This document shows, piece after piece, positions 11,445 through 20,733 of a stretch of DNA of 64,000 bases (its first letter is position 1; every line of letters starts with the position of its first letter). The translations under genes and the position numbers were made by a program. The notes under the pieces were generated by a model. That model was not told the DNA's origin. It searched no databases and saw nothing but the letters and a program-made list of their open reading frames with translations. The stretch comes from Methanobacteriota archaeon (GTDB lineage: Archaea > Thermoplasmatota > Thermoplasmata > Methanomassiliicoccales > UBA472): contig JAAYDU010000008.1 of NCBI GenBank assembly GCA_012729095.1, positions 12,252-76,251 of the forward strand, written 5' to 3'.

Positions 11445-12000
11445 CGTGCACCTTGCCGTCCTTGACATCGACACTGACCAGGGTGCGCACCTTCTGTCCT
11501 ATGTCGCTCTCCAGCTCTTCCAGCCTGTCGGTCTTGTTCACCACCACTATGACGTCCCGCACGTCCACGCCCATGGCCTTGAGGGCTTTGACGATCGCGC
11601 GCAGCGTGCCGCCGGTGCTCACCACGTCGTCGAGCACGATCACCCGGTCTCCCTTCTTCAGACCGTTTATGAACAGCTCCTTCTCCGAATAGCCAGTGGT
11701 CTGGCGCACGCTCACCTCGTCCGGCAGGCCGTACCTCCTTTTTCTGACGACGTTGTAAGGTATGCCGGTCATCAACGACAGCGGCACTATCAACGGAATG
11801 GCCATGGCCTCCGCCCCCACCAGGTAGTCCACGTCCAGGTCCATGAGGTCGTATATGCGGTTAAGGACCTCGTCCAGGACCAAGGGGTCCATGGCCGGGA
11901 TGCCGTCCGTTATCGGATGCACGAAATACTGGTACTCGCCGAAATGCACGACGTCGCTGCGCTCCAGGCTCTCCTTCAGTCTCTCCAACATGCTGCTCAC
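11437..12000 (-). CDS. hpt: Archaeal hypoxanthine/guanine phosphoribosyltransferase
   Basis: YQYFVHPITDG, RKRRYGLP, PRPP loop IVLDDVVSTGGT. Confidence 0.88.
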   Translation of the reverse strand: MSSMLERLKESLERSDVVHFGEYQYFVHPITDGIPAMDPLVLDEVLNRIYDLMDLDVDYLVGAEAMAIPLIVPLSLMTGIPYNVVRKRRYGLPDEVSVRQTTGYSEKELFINGLKKGDRVIVLDDVVSTGGTLRAIVKALKAMGVDVRDVIVVVNKTDRLEELESDIGQKVRTLVSVDVKDGKVHVI

Positions 12001-12081
12001 GATGGATATCCCCCAGCTCGCACATTAATTGTGCGATTTCCGGAGCAGTCATTATATCCCCGATGCTGGGATTCGACCGGC

Positions 12082-12384
12082 ATGAAGGTTCTGGTCGGCA
12101 AGGACGCGGAAATAAAGGAAGGAAGGCTGAAGGGGATCACGGCCGACGGGCGGAAGTTCATCGTCGGACGATACAAGGGGGAATTGTTCGGCATGGACGG
12201 CAAGTGCTCGCACGCCGGGTTCGACCTCCTCTACGGGACGATAAGGGACGGAAGGGTGGTGTGCCCGGCCCACGGCGCCGAGTTCTGCATCAAGGATGGG
12301 GCCAAGGTCGCGCACGCCGGGGCCAAGGACCTTCGCGTCTACATCGTCTCCGTGGAAGGGGACGATGTGTACATCGAGATCTGA
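12082..12384 (+). CDS. Rieske [2Fe-2S] ferredoxin
   Basis: CSHAG...CPAHGAEF Rieske motifs; 100 aa from ATG 12082. Confidence 0.85.
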   Translation: MKVLVGKDAEIKEGRLKGITADGRKFIVGRYKGELFGMDGKCSHAGFDLLYGTIRDGRVVCPAHGAEFCIKDGAKVAHAGAKDLRVYIVSVEGDDVYIEI

Positions 12385-13080
12385 TCACTTGCGCGGGAGG
12401 GGCTCGTCGCCGTCGGCCTTCTGCCACTTGGCCCCCTTCTTCCTTATCTTGCCGGAGGCCGCCAGGTGGCGGATGGTGCGGCGCACGAGGTCCTCGGGCA
12501 CATCGATCTGGAACTGCTCCCTGAAGCCCTTCTGAATGCCCAGGACCGTTTGAGGCTGGTATAGCGTCTTCGGCAAGATCGTGCGAAGGTCCTCGTGAAG
12601 GTTCCAGGGGAATATGAACCATGTCCAGTCCTCCTCCGGGACCTCGATCTCGTAATAGTCCGGCTGTTTTTTGGAATGGGTGATGTGCAATAAGGTCGCG
12701 GTGCGAACCTCCTTTGGGTTCATCTTCTTCAGGTGCATCTCGGCCAGCATCAGGCTTTCCCCGGTGTCCGTGATATCGTCCACGATCAGCACCGACTCGC
12801 CCTCGATGCTGGCGTTGAGCTCCTGCGTCAGAAGCGCCTTCCCGTCGGTGTTGGCTGTGACGCCCCAATGCTCGGTCTTGACCGCGTAAAGCCGCTTGAC
12901 CTGCAGATGGTCGCAGATGACGCGCGCGGGCACCCAGCCCCCGCGGGTGAGGCCGATGACCACCGTGGGTCGGAAGCCGTTGTCGGCGATGTCGTAAGCT
13001 ACCGCCTCGGTCCATCTCGCGATCTCGTCCCATGTCAGTATCCGGCACTTGAAGCTCTCTACCTTCTCCGTAGGTTCCAC
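12385..13080 (-). CDS. Type I phosphoribosyltransferase (xanthine/guanine PRT-like)
   Basis: TRGGWVPAR, VLIVDDITDTGES, WFIFPW. Confidence 0.85.
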   Translation of the reverse strand: MEPTEKVESFKCRILTWDEIARWTEAVAYDIADNGFRPTVVIGLTRGGWVPARVICDHLQVKRLYAVKTEHWGVTANTDGKALLTQELNASIEGESVLIVDDITDTGESLMLAEMHLKKMNPKEVRTATLLHITHSKKQPDYYEIEVPEEDWTWFIFPWNLHEDLRTILPKTLYQPQTVLGIQKGFREQFQIDVPEDLVRRTIRHLAASGKIRKKGAKWQKADGDEPLPRK

Positions 13081-13126
13081 CCCGTTGTTGGCACGGACCG
13101 TGATGCGAGGAAATAACGTTTGCCGT

Positions 13127-14752
13127 TTACAGCATGGGCGGAACGACCTCCATGCGCCTGGTGTCGAACAGGCCCCGGTCCCCTATCTTGAGCTCCGGAA
13201 CGACCAGCAGGGATTGGAAGGACAGGGTCATGAAGGGCGCGGGCAGTCGGCAGCCCATGTCTGCCAGGGCTACCAGGAGATCGCTCTCCATTTTCGCCAC
13301 CGCGGCCGCCGGGGAGATGCTCATTAGACCGGCCACCTCCAGCGGCAACGATGATACCTTTCCCCCATCGCACACCGCGAACCCTCCGGAGCGGGACACT
13401 GCGTTCAGGGCTGCGGCCATGTCCTCGGGGGAGGCCCCCACGGCCAGGAGGTGATGGGAATCATGAGCCACGCTGGTTGCCAAGGCCCCGCGCTTGAGCC
13501 CGAACCCCTTGATGAAGCCGAGCACTGGAACCTCGTTCGCGTAACGGTTGGCAAGGGCCAGGTGCAGGATGTCCTGCTCTGGCATGGCCCTGATGAAACC
13601 GTCACTCACTGGCAGGTCGGTGATCAGACCTTCGCTCTCTATGCGGTCCGGGAAGACCCCTATCACCCTGACAGATACCTTCTCCCCTTCCGCCGGTAGC
13701 AGCATATCCCTGCCGGACAGGTCCCTGGGCACTATGCCCAGACCGTCCGTCTTGGGCTCGGCCTGGAAAAGCGGTCGCCCGTTCTCGGCCACCTTTTCCC
13801 CGGCGATGTAGACCTCCAGGACGTTGAATTCTTTCAGGTCGTCCACCACTACCAGGTCGGCGGTGCGCCCCGTAACCACGCTCCCTCCTGGCAGGCCGTA
13901 ATGCCAGGCGGGCCAGGCTGTGACGGCGCGGATGGCGTGCATGGGCGCCATCCCCAAGGCCACGGCCTTCCTGAGAAGAACGTCCAGGTGACCGTTGACC
14001 AGATCCCTGGCGCGGAGGTCGTCGGAGACCAGCATGCACTCGTGCGCCTTGGCGAAGGGCATCAGGGCGCGCAGGTCCTGGGAAGCGCTTCCCTCCCTGA
14101 CCTGTATCCACATCCCAAGGAAGTACTTCTCCTCCGCTTCGTCCGATGTCAAGCTCTCGTGGTCGGTCCTCATCCCGGCGTTAATGTATTTCACCAGGTC
14201 ATTGCCGACCAGGCCGGGGCAATGCCCGTCTATGCCCTTCCAGAACACCTTGGCCGCCTTGATCTTGGAAATTATGCGAGGATCGTCGTTGAGCACCCCC
14301 TGCACGTCCATGACCTCTCCGAGGCCAACGAAGCGAGGGTCCTTGAGCATGGACTCGATCTCGGCCACCCCTATGGTCGCCCCCGACCTCTCGTAAGGGG
14401 TGGCTGGAACGCAGGAGGGGGCTGTGAGGTATATTCGAAGCGGGACATTGGAGGCGTCTTTCAGCATGAGATCTATGCCGCTCATGCCTAGTACGTTGGC
14501 TATCTCGTGGGGATCGGACACCACGGCCGTGGTGCCGTGCGGAACCGCCGCCTCAGCGAAGCGAGAGGGGCAGAGCTGTGATGATTCGATATGAATGTGC
14601 GAATCGATGAACCCGGGCAGCAGGTATCTCATCGGGGCTTCCTCCAGAGTAACGATATCCGTGAACTTCCCACCCTCCATCATCACCCGGCTGGGGACCG
14701 TCTTCCCGTTCACGACGTCCACCAGCTGCCCCTCGACGACCGTTCGGCTCAT
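13127..14752 (-). CDS. ade: Adenine deaminase
   Basis: PGFIDSHIHIESS, DPHEIANVLG, DGHCP, TDHE, VAHDSHH. Confidence 0.92.
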   Translation of the reverse strand: MSRTVVEGQLVDVVNGKTVPSRVMMEGGKFTDIVTLEEAPMRYLLPGFIDSHIHIESSQLCPSRFAEAAVPHGTTAVVSDPHEIANVLGMSGIDLMLKDASNVPLRIYLTAPSCVPATPYERSGATIGVAEIESMLKDPRFVGLGEVMDVQGVLNDDPRIISKIKAAKVFWKGIDGHCPGLVGNDLVKYINAGMRTDHESLTSDEAEEKYFLGMWIQVREGSASQDLRALMPFAKAHECMLVSDDLRARDLVNGHLDVLLRKAVALGMAPMHAIRAVTAWPAWHYGLPGGSVVTGRTADLVVVDDLKEFNVLEVYIAGEKVAENGRPLFQAEPKTDGLGIVPRDLSGRDMLLPAEGEKVSVRVIGVFPDRIESEGLITDLPVSDGFIRAMPEQDILHLALANRYANEVPVLGFIKGFGLKRGALATSVAHDSHHLLAVGASPEDMAAALNAVSRSGGFAVCDGGKVSSLPLEVAGLMSISPAAAVAKMESDLLVALADMGCRLPAPFMTLSFQSLLVVPELKIGDRGLFDTRRMEVVPPML

Positions 14753-14812
14753 GGACCCGATTCAGCGCTGGAAATGCAAAAACCTTTTGACCGTTCCTTC
14801 CGATGATCGAGC

Positions 14813-15082
14813 ATGACCTATCCCCGAGAGGCTTTAAACCGGATCAGGTGGGCGAAAGGCGGGCTGGAGGGGGCGATGGTGACCTACGTCCATCGCGGGG
14901 CGCCGGGCGATGTCAAGTCGGTTAGGGGCGATGATATAACGGGACTGGAAAGGTCATTCTTCACCGTGGGGAGGGGAAAGATACCCTATCACAGGGTGAT
15001 AAGGATAGAAATGGATGGGGAGGTCGTTTACCTGGCGCGACCTAATGCCGGGGCTCGTTGCAGTTCGGGCAGTTGTGCATGA
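14813..15082 (+). CDS. DUF504/MJ1316-like small protein
   Basis: REALNRIRW...YVHRGAP...IPYHRV signature. Confidence 0.75.
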   Translation: MTYPREALNRIRWAKGGLEGAMVTYVHRGAPGDVKSVRGDDITGLERSFFTVGRGKIPYHRVIRIEMDGEVVYLARPNAGARCSSGSCA

Positions 15083-15656
15083 AGGCCGGGTAGTTCACCC
15101 CGCACTTGCGGCATTTGGTCATGTCCACCTTCTTTTCCTTGTGCTCTCCATGGGCTTGCCCGGCCGGAGGGACAGGTTGTTCAGGGGCAGGCCGTGCCGG
15201 AGCTGACTGGGAAGCAGGCGCCTGCTGCGCGGGGAGCTCCTGCCCTGCCTGACACTGCTGGGCGTGGTACTGCTGGTACTGGGGTTGGAAGACCTCCTGC
15301 AGCTTGAGGAACCCGAAGAGCATCACCAGGCCGGGTATGATGTAGACCAAGAACCCTATGATGGTCCATATCAGAAGCGAATCGCTGGCCTTCTTGAAAT
15401 TACCCTGGTCCAGATTTGCGAAGACCTGGTCCTTCAGCATCAGGAGCAGAACCACGCCCAGTCCCGCGGCGATCAGGGAGTACACCCCTCCGCCAACGTT
15501 CCCGGAGAGTATGGAGATCACCCCGGCCAGCAAGGCTATGAGCGTGAATATCAGGTCGAACAGCTGCCCAATGTAGACGAGCTTGCGAGCCTCGGCCACG
15601 CTGGCCGGGAGCCATGACGGGCCGTTCTCAGGCACCAAGAAATCGTTGAGATCCAT
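15042..15656 (-). CDS. Membrane protein (3-4 TM) with Q/P-rich linker and C-terminal zinc ribbon
   Basis: Hydrophobic helices and C-terminal CRKC...CPNC; start ATG 15656. Confidence 0.7.
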   Translation of the reverse strand: MDLNDFLVPENGPSWLPASVAEARKLVYIGQLFDLIFTLIALLAGVISILSGNVGGGVYSLIAAGLGVVLLLMLKDQVFANLDQGNFKKASDSLLIWTIIGFLVYIIPGLVMLFGFLKLQEVFQPQYQQYHAQQCQAGQELPAQQAPASQSAPARPAPEQPVPPAGQAHGEHKEKKVDMTKCRKCGVNYPAFMHNCPNCNEPRH

Positions 15657-15813
15657 TACAATCCTCCAGAGGGGTCCACCCCACCGGATTTTATACATGG
15701 GATTCGCGAATTTCAATCTATCGAACCATCTCGAACGAGGGAGCCATGGCCCGGCCAACTCACAATCATTAAATACGATCCTCCATCTACGAAAGCCGTC
15801 AAGGTTGAAATGG

Positions 15814-16581
15814 ATGAAGAATGAGGATTTCAAATACCTGTACGACCGATTGAAGGAACCCTCTGATATCGATGCTCTGTCCAAGGAACTGAGCCTGGAC
15901 CGCGAGCTTCTCACCGTTATCTACACCCAGAGGACGGTCCGCGAGACCACCAAGAAGTATTACAAGGTGCAGCGGAACGGTCAGAGGATGGTCAGATCAT
16001 GGCAGAACGGGGAGACCATACTGGAGATATCCAGGCGTCTGGAGTTCCCGCCGATACTGACCGGGCTTATGATCTTTCAGGAGTCCGGGCGGTCAAAGAA
16101 GCAGTTCTGGGCCATAGTGCGCAACCCGGAGGCCATTCAAGACCATGACCTGCGAAGGCAGATAGAGGAGATAAACGCCGCCGACATCATCTACTCTCCG
16201 GAAGGCTCGGAGAAGCAGACCCTGCGGGGCAAGTGGGGCGAGAAGAACCTGCAGGACTGGCTGGACAGCCAGGGGATAACCTATCGCACCGAGGACGATC
16301 TGAGAGGCAAGTTCACCAAGACCCCCGACGCCTTGCTGGACCAACCCATAGTTGTCAACGGCTGGAAGGTCAACTGGATCGAGTCCAAGGCCACCTTTGG
16401 GGACCGGGTCGAGGTGAACAAGAACACGCGCAAGCAGCTCTCCCCCTACGTCGATCTGTTCGGCCATGGCCTGGTGGTCTACTGGTTCGGGTTCGTGGAC
16501 GAGATAACCATGGAGGACGGCATCTTCATAACCGATTCATCCCTGAGCGGCCTGAACTGTCGGCCTGCGGACCGAGCCTAG
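15814..16581 (+). CDS. TPD-domain PD-(D/E)xK nuclease, homolog of eukaryotic CDIN1/C15orf41
   Basis: KTPDALL...WIESKATFGD...QLSPY...FGHGLVVYWFGF; N-terminal HTH-like region; TATA at ~15769. Confidence 0.8.
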   Translation: MKNEDFKYLYDRLKEPSDIDALSKELSLDRELLTVIYTQRTVRETTKKYYKVQRNGQRMVRSWQNGETILEISRRLEFPPILTGLMIFQESGRSKKQFWAIVRNPEAIQDHDLRRQIEEINAADIIYSPEGSEKQTLRGKWGEKNLQDWLDSQGITYRTEDDLRGKFTKTPDALLDQPIVVNGWKVNWIESKATFGDRVEVNKNTRKQLSPYVDLFGHGLVVYWFGFVDEITMEDGIFITDSSLSGLNCRPADRA

Positions 16582-16620
16582 GCTGCACACATTAAATATC
16601 TGTCACCTTTATTTTTGCTC

Positions 16621-17610
16621 ATGGATGAGACCGAGGTCATCTCCGCCAGCGATTTGGAGCGGTACGGGTATTGCCCGCTCAGCTGGTGGTTGGGACGGCG
16701 GTCCCGATCCAGCACCCCCGATCAGGAAAGGGGGGAACTGGTGCATCGCAGCAAGGCCGATGAGTACCGCCGCATACGCGGCATCGAGCAGAAGGCCTGG
16801 GACTGGGAGCGCATGGTATTCCTCTTTTCCTTGGTGGCCACCGTGCTGGCGCTTACCGGAATATCCCTGATGCGCGCCTCCAGCGGAGCGAACCTCGATT
16901 GGATACTGCCCCTGCTCAGCATCATCTGGTTCGTGGCGGTCATCGCCATGCTCTATCTCTCGGCGCAGATGGGGCAGGCCATCATCCGGGTGAGACGGCT
17001 GCAGATACTGGCCATCATTGGCCTGGTGCTTATGGTGGTGGCCATGAACATCGGCGGCCTGTTCCATGCCGATCCCCGGATCTCCATGATACTTGAGGTA
17101 CTGGCCCTGGTTTGGATGATGGCCGCCTCATTGGCATTGTACCTTTCGCTCTCGGCATCCCAGGAAGCGGGGAGGAAGAAGGATGAAGAGGGCCTGGAGG
17201 GGGAAATCCGCTACGTGGGGACTGATAGCTCGCCTTTGTTCTTTTCGGAGAGGTACGGCCTGAGCGGCAGGCCGGACTTCGTGCTGGAGATAGACGGGCA
17301 GCTCATCCCGGGGGACCTGAAGACCGGGCGAACGCCGAGGGGGCCCCTGTTCTCGCACATCATGCAGGTGGCGGCCTATTGCCTGCTCATCGCCGAGACA
17401 TCGGGAAAGCGCCCTCCGTACGGGCTTCTTCGCTACGGTGACGAGGAGCACGAGATCGAGTTCGACCCGGAGCTGGAGAAGCTGCTCCTGGGAAAGCTGG
17501 AAGAGATGCGTGGCCTCATGCGCAGTGGAGAGGTGCATCGCAACCACAACCGCCCGGGCAAGTGCGCCAAGTGCTCCCGCCGGGACTCGTGCCCGGAGAG
17601 GCTGGTGTGA
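16621..17610 (+). CDS. cas4: Solo Cas4-family Fe-S nuclease with four inserted transmembrane helices
   Basis: ISASDLERYGYCP, GRPDFV..GDLKTG, QVAAY, CAKCSRRDSC. Four hydrophobic segments lie between Cys1 and the nuclease core. Confidence 0.82.
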   Translation: MDETEVISASDLERYGYCPLSWWLGRRSRSSTPDQERGELVHRSKADEYRRIRGIEQKAWDWERMVFLFSLVATVLALTGISLMRASSGANLDWILPLLSIIWFVAVIAMLYLSAQMGQAIIRVRRLQILAIIGLVLMVVAMNIGGLFHADPRISMILEVLALVWMMAASLALYLSLSASQEAGRKKDEEGLEGEIRYVGTDSSPLFFSERYGLSGRPDFVLEIDGQLIPGDLKTGRTPRGPLFSHIMQVAAYCLLIAETSGKRPPYGLLRYGDEEHEIEFDPELEKLLLGKLEEMRGLMRSGEVHRNHNRPGKCAKCSRRDSCPERLV

Positions 17611-19407
17611 TCACTCCACGGTGACGCTCTTGGCCAGGTTCTTCGGCTTGTCGATGGAGCAATTGCGGCGCTTGGCCACGTAATAGGACAATGCCTGCAG
17701 GGCCACCGTCACCGGTATCGGCGAGAAGACCGGCTTGACCGGCGGAACGTATACCATACGCTCGCACAGCCTGGACAGGTCAGTGTCGCCCTCCACCCCC
17801 ACGCCGAGCACGGGGCTGTCCCGGGCCGCCACCTCCGATATGTTGGCCAGCATCTTCTCGTAGGTGTGATCGCCCTTTATCGCCACGGCGATCACCGGCG
17901 TTGAGGAATCCAGCAATGCAAGCGGCCCGTGCTTCAGCTCGCCGGCGGCGAAGCCTTCCGCGTGTATGTATGATATCTCCTTGAGCTTGAGGGCGCCTTC
18001 CATCATCGTCGGATAGTTGATGTTACGGCCGATGAAGAAGCAGTGCACCGCCTTGTCCACCATCCGGCTTGCCTCCTCGATGTCGTGTATGTGGTTCAGC
18101 ACCGACTGCACCATGTTGGACGATTGCCGCAGCGAGGATAGGGCGCTGCGCATGGAATCGTGGCTCAACGTTCCGTTGCCGTACCCGACGCGTATGGCCA
18201 GCAGGTACATGGCCAGAAGCTGTGTGAGAAAGGTCTTGGTGGCTGCCACCCCAATCTCGGGACCGGCCCGGGTGTACAGCACCTCGTCCACCTCCCTGGT
18301 TATGGTGGACCCCACAATGTTCGTCACCGCCAAGGTGCGGCATCCCCGGCGCCTGGCCTCCCTGGCCGCGGCCAGGGTGTCGGCGGTCTCCCCGCTTTGG
18401 GTTATCAGTATGACCAGCGGGGCCTCGCGGGCCCCTGGTGAGTATCGATACTCCGAGGCCAGCTCCAGCGTGGTGGGCACCCCGGCGAACTCCTCCATGG
18501 CGTACTTACCGACCATGGCCGCGTGAAATGAAGAGCCGCAGGCCACTAGCTTCACCGAGGGGAAATCGATGCGTGGCAGCACCTCCCCGTTCTCTATGAG
18601 ATCGAGCGCCCCGAGCAGGGTGTTGTGGATCGCGTTCGGCCCTTCGAATATCTCTTTGAGCATGAAATGTTCGAAACCGCCCTTCTGGGCGTCCTCGGCG
18701 GACCAGGTAACCGCGGAGGGTTCCCTTTTCACCTCTATCCCCTCTTGGTCGTAGACGGCGACCCCTTTGGGAGTCAGCGACAGCGTCTCCCCGTCCATTA
18801 TGTACAGAACCTTGTTGGTATAGCTCAGCAGGGCCGTGACATCCGAGGCCAGGAAGTTCTCGTTCACTCCCAGACCGACCACCAGCGGGTTCTCCTTGCG
18901 GGCGGCGGCGATCTCCTGACTTCCCTCCAGCACAGCTGCTATGGCATACGTCCCCTCGATATCCTTCACCGTTTCGGCCAAGGCCTGACGGAGATCGCCC
19001 GAGTAGTGGGATTCCAAAAGATGCACCACCACCTCGGTGTCCGTTTCCGAGGTGAAGCGATGTCCTTCCGATTCCAAACGTTCCCGCAGGGATGTGTAGT
19101 TCTCGATTATCCCATTGTGGACAATGGCCAGCTTCCCGTCGCATGATATGAAGGGATGGGCGTTGCTATCGGACGGTCGGCCGCAGGTGGCCCAACGGGT
19201 GTGGCCTATTCCCGTTCTCCCCGTGAACTTGGGGAGCGCCCTATGCAGCACATCCAGCTCTCCCTGCTTTTTCAGGATCGTCAAACGGCCATCCTCCACC
19301 ATTGCGACGCCGGCGGAGTCATAACCGCGGTACTCCAGCCTCTTCAGACCTTCCATGAGCACCTCAGAGGCCCGACGATGGCCAGAATAACCGACTATGC
19401 CGCACAT
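17611..19407 (-). CDS. glmS: Glutamine--fructose-6-phosphate aminotransferase
   Basis: MCGIVG, LEYRGYDSAG, C-terminal PKNLAKSVTVE. Confidence 0.96.
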   Translation of the reverse strand: MCGIVGYSGHRRASEVLMEGLKRLEYRGYDSAGVAMVEDGRLTILKKQGELDVLHRALPKFTGRTGIGHTRWATCGRPSDSNAHPFISCDGKLAIVHNGIIENYTSLRERLESEGHRFTSETDTEVVVHLLESHYSGDLRQALAETVKDIEGTYAIAAVLEGSQEIAAARKENPLVVGLGVNENFLASDVTALLSYTNKVLYIMDGETLSLTPKGVAVYDQEGIEVKREPSAVTWSAEDAQKGGFEHFMLKEIFEGPNAIHNTLLGALDLIENGEVLPRIDFPSVKLVACGSSFHAAMVGKYAMEEFAGVPTTLELASEYRYSPGAREAPLVILITQSGETADTLAAAREARRRGCRTLAVTNIVGSTITREVDEVLYTRAGPEIGVAATKTFLTQLLAMYLLAIRVGYGNGTLSHDSMRSALSSLRQSSNMVQSVLNHIHDIEEASRMVDKAVHCFFIGRNINYPTMMEGALKLKEISYIHAEGFAAGELKHGPLALLDSSTPVIAVAIKGDHTYEKMLANISEVAARDSPVLGVGVEGDTDLSRLCERMVYVPPVKPVFSPIPVTVALQALSYYVAKRRNCSIDKPKNLAKSVTVE

Positions 19408-20597
19408 CAGACCACTATGCTCCTGTCCTCGAGCGATCCGCTTACCTTGGCACCGGCCCCCACGCGGGACTTCGCTCCCACGATCGTGCCGGCGGACAGC
19501 ACGACCTTGGGACCGATCTGGGTGAACTCGCCGACCATGCTTCCAGCCTTCTCCACCTTGAAGAAGTCGTCCTCCACCCTGACCTGAGCCGGGCCAGATG
19601 GGGCGGAGAAGCCGGTCATTATGCGGCATCCGTCATCGATGACGGCCCTCGATATGTGAGCGTGCGAGCCTATGGAGACGTTGTTCATGATCATGGAATT
19701 GTTGATGGCAGTGAAGGGAGCTATGTGCACCCCGTTACCAATGCTGGTCGTCGGGAATATGGTCACGTACGGACCTATCTCGCACCCCTCGCCTATGGAC
19801 ACCGGTCCCTCTATGTAGCAACCGGCGCGTATCCTGGAGCCAGCGCCCACGTACACGGGGCCGCGCATGGTCACACCGGACTCGATGGCCCCGGATGTCT
19901 GCTGGCCGGAGAGGCTGAAGGCGTACTCGTTAAGCCGGACCAGGTCCCATGGGTACACGGCGTCCATCCAGCGGCCGGTGGACCGTACCGCCTCGATCCT
20001 TAGGCGGGGCATGCAACTGTGCAGAACGTGGGTTATGCCGGACTTTCCGGCCATCACGCCCTTCTCCAGGTGGTCGAATATCCCGGGCGAGAAACGGTAT
20101 ATGCCTGTGTTGATGATGTTGCCCACCTTCTTGTCCGGCTTCTCTATTATGTCCATCACCTTCCCGGACTCTATCTGTACGACCCCGTACTTGGAGGGCA
20201 TCTCGGAATCGGTGACCAGCATGGCCATGCTGCCCTTGTGCTTGAGAAGGTCGGATATCACCTGGGCGTCAATGATGTTGTCCCCGGCCACCATGATGAA
20301 GTCCTCTTTGATCTGGTCCCTGACCGCCAGCGCAGCGTGCGCTGTACCCAGCTGCTTCTCCTGTATCGCATATGATATGCGCACCCCGAAGCGCGAGCCG
20401 TTCCCGAAGAAGGACATGATGCGTTCCTTCATGTAGCCCACGACCAGTATGATGTCGGTTATCCCATTGGCCGCCACGGCGCGCACGACGTACTCAAGGA
20501 TGGGACGGTTGCCGATGGGGATCATTACCTTGGGCCTGGAAACGGTGAACGGGCGCAGCCTGGTTCCCTCCCCGGCGGCCAGAATGACAGCTTTCAT
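19407..20597 (-). CDS. glmU: Bifunctional sugar-1-phosphate nucleotidylyltransferase/acetyltransferase
   Basis: MKAVILAAGEGTRLRP, hexapeptide C-terminus, coupled to glmS. Confidence 0.85.
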   Translation of the reverse strand: MKAVILAAGEGTRLRPFTVSRPKVMIPIGNRPILEYVVRAVAANGITDIILVVGYMKERIMSFFGNGSRFGVRISYAIQEKQLGTAHAALAVRDQIKEDFIMVAGDNIIDAQVISDLLKHKGSMAMLVTDSEMPSKYGVVQIESGKVMDIIEKPDKKVGNIINTGIYRFSPGIFDHLEKGVMAGKSGITHVLHSCMPRLRIEAVRSTGRWMDAVYPWDLVRLNEYAFSLSGQQTSGAIESGVTMRGPVYVGAGSRIRAGCYIEGPVSIGEGCEIGPYVTIFPTTSIGNGVHIAPFTAINNSMIMNNVSIGSHAHISRAVIDDGCRIMTGFSAPSGPAQVRVEDDFFKVEKAGSMVGEFTQIGPKVVLSAGTIVGAKSRVGAGAKVSGSLEDRSIVV

Positions 20598-20733
20598 CAA
20601 AGGGTCCTCTGGACATAGCCATCCCTGTGGCCGTTTATTAATCTTTTTCGCGGCCCGCTCAATACCGGTAACTGATAATGAGGAGGAAAGTTGTTTAAAA
20701 ATCGACAAGGGTCAAGCGCCCAAGGTTCACCAA

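Noticed and set aside
11446..12384. 312-aa ORF ending in a Rieske domain
   Set aside because: The first two thirds are antisense to hpt; only 12082-12384 is credible.
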